From Rikenellaceae bacterium (GTDB taxonomy: Bacteria > Bacteroidota > Bacteroidia > Bacteroidales > Rikenellaceae), in the NCBI GenBank assembly GCA_031547885.1, contig JAVBRO010000002.1, positions 29,886 through 93,885 of the forward strand: DNA of 64,000 nt. The letters are read 5' to 3'. Each line of letters opens with the position of its first letter. The stretch's first letter is position 1. This document shows positions 20,701-29,832 of this stretch, piece after piece. A program made the translations under genes and the position numbers. The notes under the pieces are model-generated. The model was given only the letters and a program-made list of their open reading frames with translations. It had not been told where the DNA came from and did no database searches.

Positions 20701-21166
20701 AAAAGAGTTCGCCCACGCGCGCGACGTCAACAAACTCTACGGCGAACAGAACGTTTTCCGCTACCTGCCCCTGCGCGACATGATCCTGCGAGTACAGCCC
20801 GGCGACGCGGCCGAAGCCGTGCAGAAGATAGCTTTCGCCGCACAGCTTTGCGGGACCCCGCTCGATATCAGTGTCGATCCGGCCGATACGCGCGCCGAAG
20901 AGTTCAGGAAAGTGTGCCGCGCCCTCTTCGCCGAACCCGACGCCGGTTTCGCCGGACGCCTGCCGCAGTACGAACGCGCCAGGACGTGCTCGTCCGAAAT
21001 CCCTGCAGAATTCTACGAAGCGGCGGCCGTCAGCGACAAATACATCGCGACGGCGGCTCCATCGGCTGAAGGGCGCGTGGAACTGCTCCATTACATAAAA
21101 GAGCAGAGCATCGCGTGGGAATACCACCGCTACGGCAGCATCACCGAAATACCGGCAGCCGAGTAA
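17723..21166 (+). CDS. putA: Bifunctional proline dehydrogenase / L-glutamate-gamma-semialdehyde dehydrogenase
   Basis: 1147 aa with an N-terminal proline dehydrogenase domain and a C-terminal aldehyde dehydrogenase domain (catalytic Cys context GQKCSACS, Glu motif ETGGKNAIIL). Confidence 0.9.
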   Translation: MKGSNNISINEVQEWVMKLYNESEKRITPAERREQHKYATLVQNKGDKIFLSKMLDESSQIRDDNKLARRIKKLIDRYGVPEFFSPWDKFLLKMYRAVGYRFDFIAIPIIKNRLRKETATVVIDEARPRLTKHLEQRRDERIGQNVNLLGEVVLGNEEADGRYHHYLEALESPDINYISVKISGIYAQTHALNFEESFPELVERMSALYRKAIDFPYKDFDGTLRPKFINMDMEEYKDSHLTMRVFKAALSKPEFKDYQAGIVIQAYLRDAWEFQTELLEFAKQRVASGGAPVKMRLVKGANLEMESVVSSLRGWPNPVYGSKTEVDASYLHILDRALLPENTGAVKVGVASHNLFSIAYAYLASAHNGTLDDVSFEMLEGMANHIWRAQSAIGNRVILYTPVVKNEHFLNAISYLVRRMDENTGPENFLAYSFNLQPGTDAWSFLEKQFVEAYGLKDSLAHGPVRIQDRTKPYAGAAPGEGFRNEPDTDFDLAGNQRWAESIVKKWKKSADDKPYEIPLQIGAEEVATADKAVYKDRCQDDRVTVCEMSRAGVEEIKKIAAIAGADPAGWRKTTLEQRRGILFKAADNLAELRGDLIGCMCAITGKTITEGDVEVSEAIDFTRFYPVSMQEFEDLKGVEVEPKGTVLVISPWNFPCAIPVGGVTSALSGGNTVILKPATVSAPVAWTFAKAFWDAGVPKEALQVVITDRKALEVLNTAPEIKHIILTGGTDTAQMIAKSNPSTPLSAETGGKNAIILTASGDRDHAILNVVASAFGNAGQKCSACSLLLVEGSVYDDPMFRKKLRDATVSLQSGSVWKIGNVVGPMVTNQNDKLLEAIAKLEPGEEWLVEPCFLDEKKYALAPTVKWGVRPENFSFRNELFGPMLSVVRVKNLREAVDLVNGLDYGLTSGLQSLDEEEIAYWKANLEAGNLYINRGVTGAIVNRQPFGGMKLSAFGGGIKAGGPNYTSCFVKFTDKKGSKADFRANYAAAWEKEFAHARDVNKLYGEQNVFRYLPLRDMILRVQPGDAAEAVQKIAFAAQLCGTPLDISVDPADTRAEEFRKVCRALFAEPDAGFAGRLPQYERARTCSSEIPAEFYEAAAVSDKYIATAAPSAEGRVELLHYIKEQSIAWEYHRYGSITEIPAAE

Positions 21167-21186
21167 TCCACCTCCCTCTTTCGGTC

Positions 21187-21222
21187 GACGCCCGCATGTT
21201 TTTCATGTGGGCGTCGCGTTTT
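21187..21222 (+). terminator. Intrinsic terminator after putA
   Basis: GACGCCCGCATG-TTTTT-CATGTGGGCGTC, followed by GCGTTTT. Confidence 0.6.
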
Positions 21223-21312
21223 AGCCCGCACGTTAATTTAATGTTATCTTTGAGTGCGAAAATTGGCGGCAGAAAAGCGAAATCCATATATTTGCCTGTT
21301 AATATAACTTTT

Positions 21313-22611
21313 ATGGAGTGGAAAGAACAATACAAGGATAAGATCGTTTCCGCGGCTGAGGCGGCCGGCGCGATAAACAGCGGCAATTGGGTGGTCTGCT
21401 CGCATGCGGCGACGAATCCGCAGTTCATCATGCGCGAACTGATGGCCCAGAAAGAGCGCTTACACGGTGTGCACATCTTCCACGCGCTGCCGCTCGGATA
21501 CGGCGATTACCTGATGCCCGAAAATTCGGAATATTTCCGCCACATGACCATCTTTGCGGGGGGGGCTTCGCGCCAGGCGATCGCCGAGGGAAAAGCCGAT
21601 TTTCTGCCCACGTTCTTCAAGGATCTTCCCGGACTTATGGGAGACGCCATTCCGGTCGATGTTGCGATTGTAAACGTGTCGCCGCCCGACAGCGAAGGAT
21701 TCTGCAGTTTCGGGCTCGCCTGCGACTACTCGAAAGCTGCAACGGAGAAAGCCCGGATCATAATAGCGCAGGTGAACGAATGCATGCCGCATGTTCTGGG
21801 CGGGCAAAACCTGATACATCTTTCCAGATTCGACTATATAGTGCCGTGTGCCGACCCGGTGCCCGAAATACCACTACCCGAGGTATCTGACGTTGAGCGT
21901 GAAATAGGACGCCACTGCGCCTCGCTCGTCAAAGACGGCGACACGCTCCAATTGGGCATCGGTGCGCTTCCCGACGCGGTCATCATGTTCCTTAAAGACA
22001 AAAAAGACCTGGGACTGCACAGCGAAATGTTCTCCGACGGGGCCATGGGGCTGATGAAATCGGGCGTTATAAACGGCAGCCGCAAAACCCTGCATCCGGG
22101 TAAAGCAGTCGTGACTTTCCTGATCGGGACGCGCGCCCTGTATGATTTCGTAGATGGGAATCCCGGCGTGGAGATGATGCCGGTAAATTATGTGAACGAT
22201 CCCTGGGTTATCGGGCAGAATGACAATATGGTCTCGATAAATTCGTGTATCGAGGTCGATCTGACGGGACAGGTGAACGCCGAAAGCATAGGCCTGAAGC
22301 AGTTTAGCGGCGTCGGCGGGCAAGTGGATTACGTTCGCGGCGCAGCGCTTTCTAAAGGCGGAAGGTCTATTATCGCGATGCCTTCAACGGCGGCCCGCGG
22401 AAAAGCTTCGCGCATAGTGCCTCTGCTGTCGCAGGGGGCAGCTGTGACGACTTCTCGCAACGATGTGGATTACGTGGTGACCGAGTACGGAATTGCGAAA
22501 CTGAAAGGGAAGACGCTTATACAGCGCGCCCAGGCTTTGATCGCGATCGCCCACCCCGATTTCCGCGGCGAACTGACTGATGAATTCAACAGGCGGTTCG
22601 GTCAAAATTAA
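21313..22611 (+). CDS. Acetyl-CoA hydrolase/transferase family protein (4-hydroxybutyrate / succinate CoA-transferase-like)
   Basis: In-frame ATG at 21313 (MEWKEQYKDKIVSAAEAAG) is preceded by a TATATTTG -7-like box. Family motifs are present (GIGALPDAV, ...SGVGGQVDYVRGA). The supplied ORF began further upstream at a non-biological start. Confidence 0.8.
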   Translation: MEWKEQYKDKIVSAAEAAGAINSGNWVVCSHAATNPQFIMRELMAQKERLHGVHIFHALPLGYGDYLMPENSEYFRHMTIFAGGASRQAIAEGKADFLPTFFKDLPGLMGDAIPVDVAIVNVSPPDSEGFCSFGLACDYSKAATEKARIIIAQVNECMPHVLGGQNLIHLSRFDYIVPCADPVPEIPLPEVSDVEREIGRHCASLVKDGDTLQLGIGALPDAVIMFLKDKKDLGLHSEMFSDGAMGLMKSGVINGSRKTLHPGKAVVTFLIGTRALYDFVDGNPGVEMMPVNYVNDPWVIGQNDNMVSINSCIEVDLTGQVNAESIGLKQFSGVGGQVDYVRGAALSKGGRSIIAMPSTAARGKASRIVPLLSQGAAVTTSRNDVDYVVTEYGIAKLKGKTLIQRAQALIAIAHPDFRGELTDEFNRRFGQN

Positions 22612-22704
22612 CACGTCGCAGGTTTAGTTAAAAAATATTTAGTATTTTTGTGACCGCTTTAATGGAGTTTTGTTTGAGTTTTTATCCAAAACCCGTATCA
22701 GCGC

Positions 22705-22793
22705 GCCCGGATGGTGGAATCGGTAGACACGCCGGACTTAAAATCCTGTGGGCAGTAATGCCCGTGCCGGTTCGATCCCGGCTCCGGGTACCA
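22705..22793 (+). tRNA. tRNA-Leu (anticodon UAA)
   Basis: Acceptor stem GCCCGGA/TCCGGGT plus ACCA. D-arm TGGTGGAATCGGTAGACACG. Anticodon loop CTTAAAA (anticodon TAA). Long variable arm; T-arm GGTTCGATCCCGG. Confidence 0.85.
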
Positions 22794-22800
22794 TGAAAGC

Positions 22801-22836
22801 AAGGCGCCTTGAAGTCAAATGACTTCAAGGCGCCTT
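22801..22836. terminator. Perfect 16-bp hairpin after tRNA-Leu / before pilus-operon 3' end
   Basis: AAGGCGCCTTGAAGTC-AAAT-GACTTCAAGGCGCCTT, followed by ATTATT. Confidence 0.6.
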
Positions 22837-22877
22837 ATTATTCCACCGGCAAATCTGCGATGGCGAGAGAAGTATGG

Positions 22878-25800
22878 CTATTTAACCACCCCTTTATTGG
22901 CGCCCCAGACATCGTCCCACGGAGCCGGAATTGCCGAATTGTCTATCAGCATGTCAGTGAAGTGGCTTCCGTAGCGCGCCGCGTTGCCTACGTAGTAGAA
23001 CAGGTTGTCGCAGAAAACACTGCGGTTGCCGCTGGTTGCCGTATGGAACATCTCTCCTTCCCCGATATAGATCATCATGTTCGCAGGGTCGATGGCCATC
23101 ATTACCTGGTTCGAGTTATTTGTTTTCACTATTACCGGTACCGCCGTGTCAGGAATAACCGTAGCAACCGTATTGTCGCCGCCGCAATTGAACTCGGAGA
23201 TCGACGCGAGGGTAATAGATGTGCCCCCTTTGGTGGTCAGCAACTGCATGATCCTGGTGTCGGCCACAGCGGGGTTAGCTTTGCCGTTGGTACTGCCGCT
23301 CGGTGAGATAAAATTGTATCCGCGGCCCGAAAATCCATTGTTCATCGCGCTGACGCCGCCCCTGTCATCACCCACGAGCACGGTAATGGCGTCGGTGCTA
23401 CTCATAAATGTATTTACTTTTGACCAGTCGTATCCCGAACTCATATTACGATCACACACATGCATGTATGTAGTGTTCGAAGGGATCGTCGTCGGTGTAT
23501 TGGTGATGGAGAACCCGGGGATCTTCCTCACATTGGTCGCATAGTAATCGAACCAGTTGCCTGTGGCCGAGCCTATCGAGCCCCATCCCGTGCGCAGGTT
23601 GACCGCATATACCCCTTTCGAAGTGAGTGTATTCTGCGTCACGGTAAAGTTCTTCGTTATCTCCGTTCCGACCAGTTTGAGTGTAACCGTGGCCGTAACG
23701 GGGATTTCGCGGTTCGGGTAGTAGACCTTCGGGAAGACCACCTTGAACTTCTGCGACATAGGATACGGTGTGTTTTGGTCGATAGCCATTCCGTTTTCAT
23801 CCGTAAGATAAGCCTTATGGTTAACCAGCGAGTGTCCGTCGGAAGAGGTTGCGGTTCCCATAGCCATCGTTGCCGACCACTGCGTTCCGTCCGCTGTCAC
23901 GGTGATCAGTCCGGTCTCTCCTCCGATGACCGGGATCGGCAGGAATGAGTTCGGCGAGATGTCGATCGTCTGCGACTGTTGTACCAGCAGGATGTCGACG
24001 TATTTACCTTCGTTGCCGACAAGGAAGATGCGGAGTGTGGCCGAACGTACACGGTCGAGAGGATTGGCACCTGCAACGCCGACCGTAACGGAATTGCCGT
24101 TAATATTACCGCTTGTTGTCTTCGAGTATGTGAAGGCGGCGGTATCGTCATTGGCCCCGGACTGCATCAGCTTACAATCCCAAGGTATGACATTATCCCC
24201 GTCCGTCGGGTAAACATTGAACGCGGTGACGGAATTGTTGGCTACATCGGCCAAACCCGTGCCGTCCCCCTTGAAGGTCACGCGGCTCTGCGCGGGCGAT
24301 ATACTGATGCCTCCTGCCGCCCTCTGCGATACCATAACGACCGCGGAGTAGTTTTCGGGATCGCTGTCGAGCGTAACCACCACGAAACCTTCACGTGCGG
24401 CCGGCTCCGTATTGGTCGTATTTGTCCAGATACGGAACTTATTGTCGATCACCAGGCTGCTGCCGCTTGTGACGTTAGTCACGGCATTGGCGAGTCCCTG
24501 GGTAGAGTCGAACGAGAATCCCGGCATATATATCTTGGCCGACCACGGGCCCGAAGCCTCAACGCGGATGAGTCCGGAAGCTACGCCTGCGGTCGAAGCG
24601 AGAGGAAGCAGGCCGCCGTCGGGAAGGTGTACTTTCAGATATGTGTCGGCTTCGCCCGACTGGATTATCGTGACCGAGGCTTCGAGCCCGGCAAATGTGA
24701 GCATCACCACTCCGCGCCTTTCGGTTTCACCCAATCCCAGCGGCGTGGCCTGCACGTTGAGCGTATTCCCGTTGAGCGACGACTGGATGCTTCCGTCGGC
24801 GGGTTCGTATGTCTGGCTTTTTATAGCCAGGGGTGAGAACGACTGCAGGTTGGTGAACGTGTATATGGAGTAGGACGAACCTGTGGTACCGTCGCGCCCG
24901 ATCCTGATGGTCTTGGTCGGCAGGGCCATGATGCTGTTGCCGTCCTGGACGATCAGTCCGTTGTCGTCCAGATCCCAGTTGTTGATCGTGTAATCGAGCG
25001 TGTTGCCCATGCCGGTGTAGGCCAGCTCTTCGGTGGTTTCACCCGCCCCGTTCACGTTGTTTATGGTCACGCGGTAGGCGTTGTTGCGTTTAAGCGACTG
25101 CGCGCTGTTATCCGGGTTGATGTTGACGCGGTAATATGTCGGATCGCCGGTAGAGGCACGGTCCTTCAGTCCGATAATGAGGCAGGTGGTCTCCTTATCG
25201 TTGGTTTTAGGCGCTGCCGAACGGTTTTCAAAAGCATACAATCCTCCGACAACGTCTTTCAGAAAACTTTCCGCACTGCCGTCCGTATTGTCGGAGTTAT
25301 CTATACCGTAGAAACGGCGGATGCGGGATGCGGCGGCTGAATAGTCCTGCGAGCCTTCACCCCATATGGACGAAGTCGGATAGGCATTCCATAAAGAGAC
25401 GGAAACCAGGTCGTAGTTCGCCTTTTTGGTGTTGAGCACGTCGAAACGCGCCACGTTGCGAACCATTGTGAGCTTGATCGTGAACTCATCGGCCTTTTTG
25501 ACCGCCTGACCATTCATCAGAATCGCATCGGGAGTGATAGCTGTGTCGGCCTGCGTATAGGCAAGAGCTTCGGTCATAGCCTGGTATTGGGTCTTTCCCT
25601 GCCACTGCGAGATCCAATAGTTCACACTTTCCCCGAGGTAATCATCCGAAACATTGGCCATCGCCAGGATGTTATATGCGCCGGTGATGCTCAGTTGGGT
25701 CCCCCCAAGGTCGACAGCGAGATCGGAGTTCATGGCCAGCGGGCCGGTGATCTCCACGCCTTCGATGAACATTCCGCCATTGTAGGGATCGGCCTCGAAA

Positions 25801-26009
25801 AAGAGCAGGAAAAGATTACTCAACTGGTCCTCCCCCTCCTCCGGAGATACCGAGGCCCTGGTCCGGGTTTCGGTATCGATACCCTTCACACTTACCGACA
25901 CGCTCAGCGTGGTCGGAATATTCTTCCTGCCACCCGCAACAGGATCCTTTATACAAGATCCGAACAGCAGTCCTGCTGCCGCCGCGATTGTTATCAGAAT
26001 TCGTTTCAT
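22878..26009 (-). CDS. Large (1043 aa) lipoprotein, distal gene of type V pilus operon (putative tip/accessory adhesin)
   Basis: Lipoprotein signal MKRILITIAAAAGLLFGSC. Low-complexity S/T/N/G-rich beta-rich sequence. Last gene of the DUF3575-DUF3868-fimbrillin operon. Confidence 0.5.
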   Translation of the reverse strand: MKRILITIAAAAGLLFGSCIKDPVAGGRKNIPTTLSVSVSVKGIDTETRTRASVSPEEGEDQLSNLFLLFFEADPYNGGMFIEGVEITGPLAMNSDLAVDLGGTQLSITGAYNILAMANVSDDYLGESVNYWISQWQGKTQYQAMTEALAYTQADTAITPDAILMNGQAVKKADEFTIKLTMVRNVARFDVLNTKKANYDLVSVSLWNAYPTSSIWGEGSQDYSAAASRIRRFYGIDNSDNTDGSAESFLKDVVGGLYAFENRSAAPKTNDKETTCLIIGLKDRASTGDPTYYRVNINPDNSAQSLKRNNAYRVTINNVNGAGETTEELAYTGMGNTLDYTINNWDLDDNGLIVQDGNSIMALPTKTIRIGRDGTTGSSYSIYTFTNLQSFSPLAIKSQTYEPADGSIQSSLNGNTLNVQATPLGLGETERRGVVMLTFAGLEASVTIIQSGEADTYLKVHLPDGGLLPLASTAGVASGLIRVEASGPWSAKIYMPGFSFDSTQGLANAVTNVTSGSSLVIDNKFRIWTNTTNTEPAAREGFVVVTLDSDPENYSAVVMVSQRAAGGISISPAQSRVTFKGDGTGLADVANNSVTAFNVYPTDGDNVIPWDCKLMQSGANDDTAAFTYSKTTSGNINGNSVTVGVAGANPLDRVRSATLRIFLVGNEGKYVDILLVQQSQTIDISPNSFLPIPVIGGETGLITVTADGTQWSATMAMGTATSSDGHSLVNHKAYLTDENGMAIDQNTPYPMSQKFKVVFPKVYYPNREIPVTATVTLKLVGTEITKNFTVTQNTLTSKGVYAVNLRTGWGSIGSATGNWFDYYATNVRKIPGFSITNTPTTIPSNTTYMHVCDRNMSSGYDWSKVNTFMSSTDAITVLVGDDRGGVSAMNNGFSGRGYNFISPSGSTNGKANPAVADTRIMQLLTTKGGTSITLASISEFNCGGDNTVATVIPDTAVPVIVKTNNSNQVMMAIDPANMMIYIGEGEMFHTATSGNRSVFCDNLFYYVGNAARYGSHFTDMLIDNSAIPAPWDDVWGANKGVVK

Positions 26010-26037
26010 TTTTATATTGTTTTAATCTTAATATTCT

Positions 26038-27456
26038 CTACAAGTCTTTGATCAATCCGCCGCCGTCATCCCAATCATCCGGGGAATTAGACCTCTGGAT
26101 GATCGAGATATCGAAGCGGATCCGGCCTGCCGTTACGGTCAGTGTCGACGGGTTGCTGTCCAAGCCGTATGAAACGAGTGCGGTGAAATTGAAAAAGTTA
26201 TTACTGCCTTCGGTTTTGATCTCCGCTTTGAACCTGTCGTTGGCGATAGCCGTTTTGTCGGCCGGGTCGGGGAAATCTCCCCCGTTATCGAGCTCCATCG
26301 AGAATTGGTCCAACGGAATGTTTGTCCTGAACACGATCCTGTCGTCGGAACCCGCATCGCGGTAGACTACAGCCGTGCGGTCGTCGCGCCGTTCGTTGCG
26401 GTCGCGCCGGAGCATGACGTACTGCATGCCGTCGATAAAGATACCGCCGTCCATCTCTTCGTCCCACGGAACGACGTCGTAATCTATGTTGACAGGCTCC
26501 GCATTCTTCGCTTCGTCGAACGAAGGATAGCCGTCGCCGTTTACCTTGGTGATAACGACGATATATTTGTTATTGCGCACGACGGGGCTTTTAACCATTT
26601 CACCGTCGGCATTTTTGCTGCGCAGCGCTATAGGGTACCATGTCGGCTGCCCACTGCTTCCCGTATTGTTCCACTGTCCTTTAAGTACCAGTTTGGTCGA
26701 TCTGTTCAGACTCGCGGACGACGGGGCGTCGTTTTCGTACATGTAGAAAATGTCCTCCACACAGTTGTTGTCCGCGGGCAGAACGGTATGGGTCCAGTCT
26801 GCGGTCAGGTCGCTGTTCATGTTGTCGGGCACCTGCGGGATCCCGGCTCTGGAAGGATCGAACGGCAGAAATCCGCGGTCGGCGGCATAGCAGAGCGAAG
26901 CCTCCTGGAGTGTAAAATCATCGTCCTCTACCGTTATGTCTGTCGAAGCCACCGAACGAAGCAACGCGACTGTTCCCAGGTCGTTCACCGCCTTGTCTGC
27001 CACGGTGCATCCGCGGATGCTTCCCCACATGGGAAGCCCCATGGCACCGATATCTGCTCCCGGATCATTAAGCACCATCAGTTTTGCGGCATCGGCGTAT
27101 TCCTTCCCTTCAAGCGCGAGGTCTTTCAGGGTTTCATGCGCATTGACGGCAAAGTATATGTCGAGATTATCGCCTATCGCGAGGTTTGTGCGCCATCTTC
27201 CGTCGGAAACCTTCCACGCATAGCGCGTGTAGAGATAGACCGACTTGTCCGTCTCGGTCGGATATGCTGCCTGGCGTCGGAAGACGAGGACGTCCAGTTG
27301 GTTTATGGCGGTATCGTCCACAGCTCTTGTGGAGGATGAAACGTCGAAGCGGAATTCGACCTGTTTCCCGGCCTTTCCTCCGCCGATATCATTGTCCCGG
27401 GCGCATGAGGCTGCCAGGAACACGATACAGATTAACTGCAGAAGTATTTTGTTCAT
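26038..27456 (-). CDS. FimA/Mfa1-family fimbrillin-like lipoprotein
   Basis: Lipoprotein signal MNKILLQLICIVFLAASCA. LDVLVFRRQ and IYFAVNAHE motifs characteristic of Bacteroidales fimbrillins. Confidence 0.55.
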   Translation of the reverse strand: MNKILLQLICIVFLAASCARDNDIGGGKAGKQVEFRFDVSSSTRAVDDTAINQLDVLVFRRQAAYPTETDKSVYLYTRYAWKVSDGRWRTNLAIGDNLDIYFAVNAHETLKDLALEGKEYADAAKLMVLNDPGADIGAMGLPMWGSIRGCTVADKAVNDLGTVALLRSVASTDITVEDDDFTLQEASLCYAADRGFLPFDPSRAGIPQVPDNMNSDLTADWTHTVLPADNNCVEDIFYMYENDAPSSASLNRSTKLVLKGQWNNTGSSGQPTWYPIALRSKNADGEMVKSPVVRNNKYIVVITKVNGDGYPSFDEAKNAEPVNIDYDVVPWDEEMDGGIFIDGMQYVMLRRDRNERRDDRTAVVYRDAGSDDRIVFRTNIPLDQFSMELDNGGDFPDPADKTAIANDRFKAEIKTEGSNNFFNFTALVSYGLDSNPSTLTVTAGRIRFDISIIQRSNSPDDWDDGGGLIKDL

Positions 27457-27489
27457 GATCTTATTGGTTTAATTATTGCCCCGCAAGTC

Positions 27490-28401
27490 TTATATAGTAT
27501 TGTCAATGGAGATGTTCCGCCTCCATCCATCCACGATAACCGTGAAAAAATTATTGCCCATCACATATTCGAAGACTATGAGTCCTCCCGCCCATGCCCC
27601 CCGGGGAAGGTTGTCCTTCGGGACGGAGAGTGTTGCATAGACGTTTTGTATGGTCCTGACATCGACGCTGATGGTTTTATCGGCGGCGGAAGGCATGACG
27701 CCGAAACGGCCGGTGGCGTAATGCGTATGGTCGTCCGAAGTGTCGTTCAGTTGCGCGACCACATTGGCTTCTTCACCGAATCCCCGGAATTCCATATCCA
27801 TCTTCGACATCACTCCCTTCACAACGGCATAATTCTGCACCCCGGGTTCATAGATAATCTTTCCCCAGTCGATCACGTAAACTTCGACACGGCATGCGGC
27901 GTAGATCATTCCGATCCGGTGGTGCGACGATTGATTATACGATTCCGTAAAGGCCGACCGTCCCAGATAGAGTTCGTGGGGGACCGAACTGTAATAGCTG
28001 TTGTATTGGGTGGTGAGCTCTTCGGAGATCAGCTCTTCGTCGAGCATCTCGCCATACTCCCACTCAGGTATGTTCTCTTCTGGATTAGCGATCGGAACGG
28101 CCCATGCCACCAGGTCGATATCGCCGTTCATTTCCTGCGTTTTGCGCACCGTGCATGACTTACCGTTACTTATCTGTGAATAGGGGATCCGTATGCCTTT
28201 GATCAATTTTTTATCGCGGAACACATACAGTTGCACGTCGTTGCCGATCCTGGTGTCGTAGGTGCCCGGGACATATATGTCTTCGAGATAGAACGACAGT
28301 GTCATATCTGCGGGGCAGTCGTCCATGCCTTCGCGCAGACAGCCCCAGAGCCCAAGGCAGAGTGATACAGCCAGGTATATGATTGCTTTTTTCACGTTCA
28401 T
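27490..28401 (-). CDS. FimB/Mfa2-family fimbrial anchor-like lipoprotein
   Basis: 303 aa with a lipoprotein signal and LYVFRDKKLIKG. Size and position after the major subunit are typical of the Mfa2 anchor. Confidence 0.55.
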   Translation of the reverse strand: MNVKKAIIYLAVSLCLGLWGCLREGMDDCPADMTLSFYLEDIYVPGTYDTRIGNDVQLYVFRDKKLIKGIRIPYSQISNGKSCTVRKTQEMNGDIDLVAWAVPIANPEENIPEWEYGEMLDEELISEELTTQYNSYYSSVPHELYLGRSAFTESYNQSSHHRIGMIYAACRVEVYVIDWGKIIYEPGVQNYAVVKGVMSKMDMEFRGFGEEANVVAQLNDTSDDHTHYATGRFGVMPSAADKTISVDVRTIQNVYATLSVPKDNLPRGAWAGGLIVFEYVMGNNFFTVIVDGWRRNISIDNTI

Positions 28402-28496
28402 CTCGTTTAAGTCGTTTTTTTAAATACCGGGGCGGGAATCCTGGGGGGGGCCTCGCCCCGGCGGGAATTACTATAGAAAAAAACTTAGGCTTACAT

Positions 28497-29774
28497 TTAC
28501 ATTTCGTCCTGATAGAAGTTGATGCGCCACTTCTTGACGTTCAGCTCGATCGTGATGGCCGATTCGTCGACGCCGGGGATTATTTCGGGGGTGGTTTCGG
28601 CATCTTTCGGAGTGCCCTGGCCCGGAGTGGCGATAGCCGTGATGTTAATATGGTACGATGCGTTGCGCATGACGTGGTAGTTGTCGTCGCGGACTATGTC
28701 TACCCTCCAGTAACGGATCTTGTTCATATCGTTGGTGTTGGCGGTATCGCCGTCCACGACCAGTTCGCCTTTAATTATGAAGGCATACGTTGCGAGGGGA
28801 TCGAAACCTGTCTGTCCTTCGGGAGTGGTCTTCAGGAAAGGCTTGTTTTCATAGACATAGACGCGGTCCTGTGCGTTCGACGTATCGTTGAAGTTCAGGA
28901 AGAAGTCGCCGGCAGCGTCATAGCCCGAATAGTTGCTGGTATAATAGCCGTCAGCATCGAATTCGGAATTGAGATGCTGCCTTGCGCCGTCCGACCATTT
29001 GTCCCAGGGCACGTCCTTCGGGGTGGTGTCGTCTTCATCGTCGTTACCTGTAAAGAACAGGCCCGACAGGTCCATGCCGTTGACCACCACGTAGCCGAGC
29101 GGATTGAACGTGAGGTCGGCGTTGGTGATGTCGGTGTCTTCTCCCCACAGCTTCTGGATATGGCTGTCGCTGAGTTTCAGTTCGACGGGAGTGGTTTCGT
29201 CTTTCATGAAGGTCGGCGGGTTGATCTTGCTGACAAGGCGCAGGAGATCTATGGATACCGTATTGGCAGTGCTGTTGGCAATGACGATCGCCTCTTTTTC
29301 GCCCGACATTTCAAAGCCGTCGGCTCCCGGGGTCGTGCGGGAATTGGCTTTCGTGAAAGCCGAGTTCGACATTTTGGCTTTCAGTTCGTCGTAGCCTTCG
29401 CCCGATGCGAGCGGACCCATGTCCATGTTGGTGAGGGCCACGAACTGGCGGGCACCCGAACCCACGATCACCAGCTTCGAGAGCTGGCCGTCGGTGAACT
29501 TGATGTAGCCGTTCCCCGTGCCTACCAGCGGATCGATGTCGCCGTCGGCGTCGAATACATAGAATTCCACCATGTTCACGGCGTTTTCGGCGGGCTCGCC
29601 GTTCTCTTCAGTGTTGTCCAGGGCGCGGGTTCCGGCGTTGAATTTCAACGAAAGACGTACTTGAGTCGGAACGCTCGCCTCTTTCCCGTCTTTCGACTGT
29701 TTGTTGTCGTCCTTTGCACAGGCGCTTACGAGGCCGGCAAGTGCGATAACTAAAAAATACCTGTAAATTTTCAT
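28497..29774 (-). CDS. Mfa1/FimA-family major fimbrillin-like lipoprotein
   Basis: Lipoprotein signal MKIYRYFLVIALAGLVSAC. An Arg/Lys site follows the pro-region (NAGTR). MVEFYVFDADG motif. Confidence 0.55.
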   Translation of the reverse strand: MKIYRYFLVIALAGLVSACAKDDNKQSKDGKEASVPTQVRLSLKFNAGTRALDNTEENGEPAENAVNMVEFYVFDADGDIDPLVGTGNGYIKFTDGQLSKLVIVGSGARQFVALTNMDMGPLASGEGYDELKAKMSNSAFTKANSRTTPGADGFEMSGEKEAIVIANSTANTVSIDLLRLVSKINPPTFMKDETTPVELKLSDSHIQKLWGEDTDITNADLTFNPLGYVVVNGMDLSGLFFTGNDDEDDTTPKDVPWDKWSDGARQHLNSEFDADGYYTSNYSGYDAAGDFFLNFNDTSNAQDRVYVYENKPFLKTTPEGQTGFDPLATYAFIIKGELVVDGDTANTNDMNKIRYWRVDIVRDDNYHVMRNASYHINITAIATPGQGTPKDAETTPEIIPGVDESAITIELNVKKWRINFYQDEM

Positions 29775-29832
29775 AATCGTAAATTTTTAATGAATAGATA
29801 GAGTTGTTATTCGGTTATGGTTATAATGGTTT

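Noticed and set aside
19607-21127. 506-aa ORF on the - strand (and 19597..20427, 18221..19108, 17705..18217)
   Set aside because: All are antisense to putA, whose PRODH and ALDH domains are clear. The antisense products are Arg/Gly/Ala-rich with no motifs.
21115-21312. Upstream 66 codons of the supplied 498-aa CoA-transferase ORF
   Set aside because: This extension overlaps the putA 3' end and terminator and has no start codon context. The family-typical N-terminus (MEWKEQYKDKI) begins at the ATG at 21313, which is preceded by a -7-like box.
26305-27339. 344-aa + strand ORF, and 28383..29753 (456 aa), 29863..30831 (322 aa), 23979..24836 (285 aa)
   Set aside because: These are antisense to the fimbrillin / DUF3868-OmpA genes, which have lipoprotein signals and family motifs. 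The products lack signal peptides and domain signatures.
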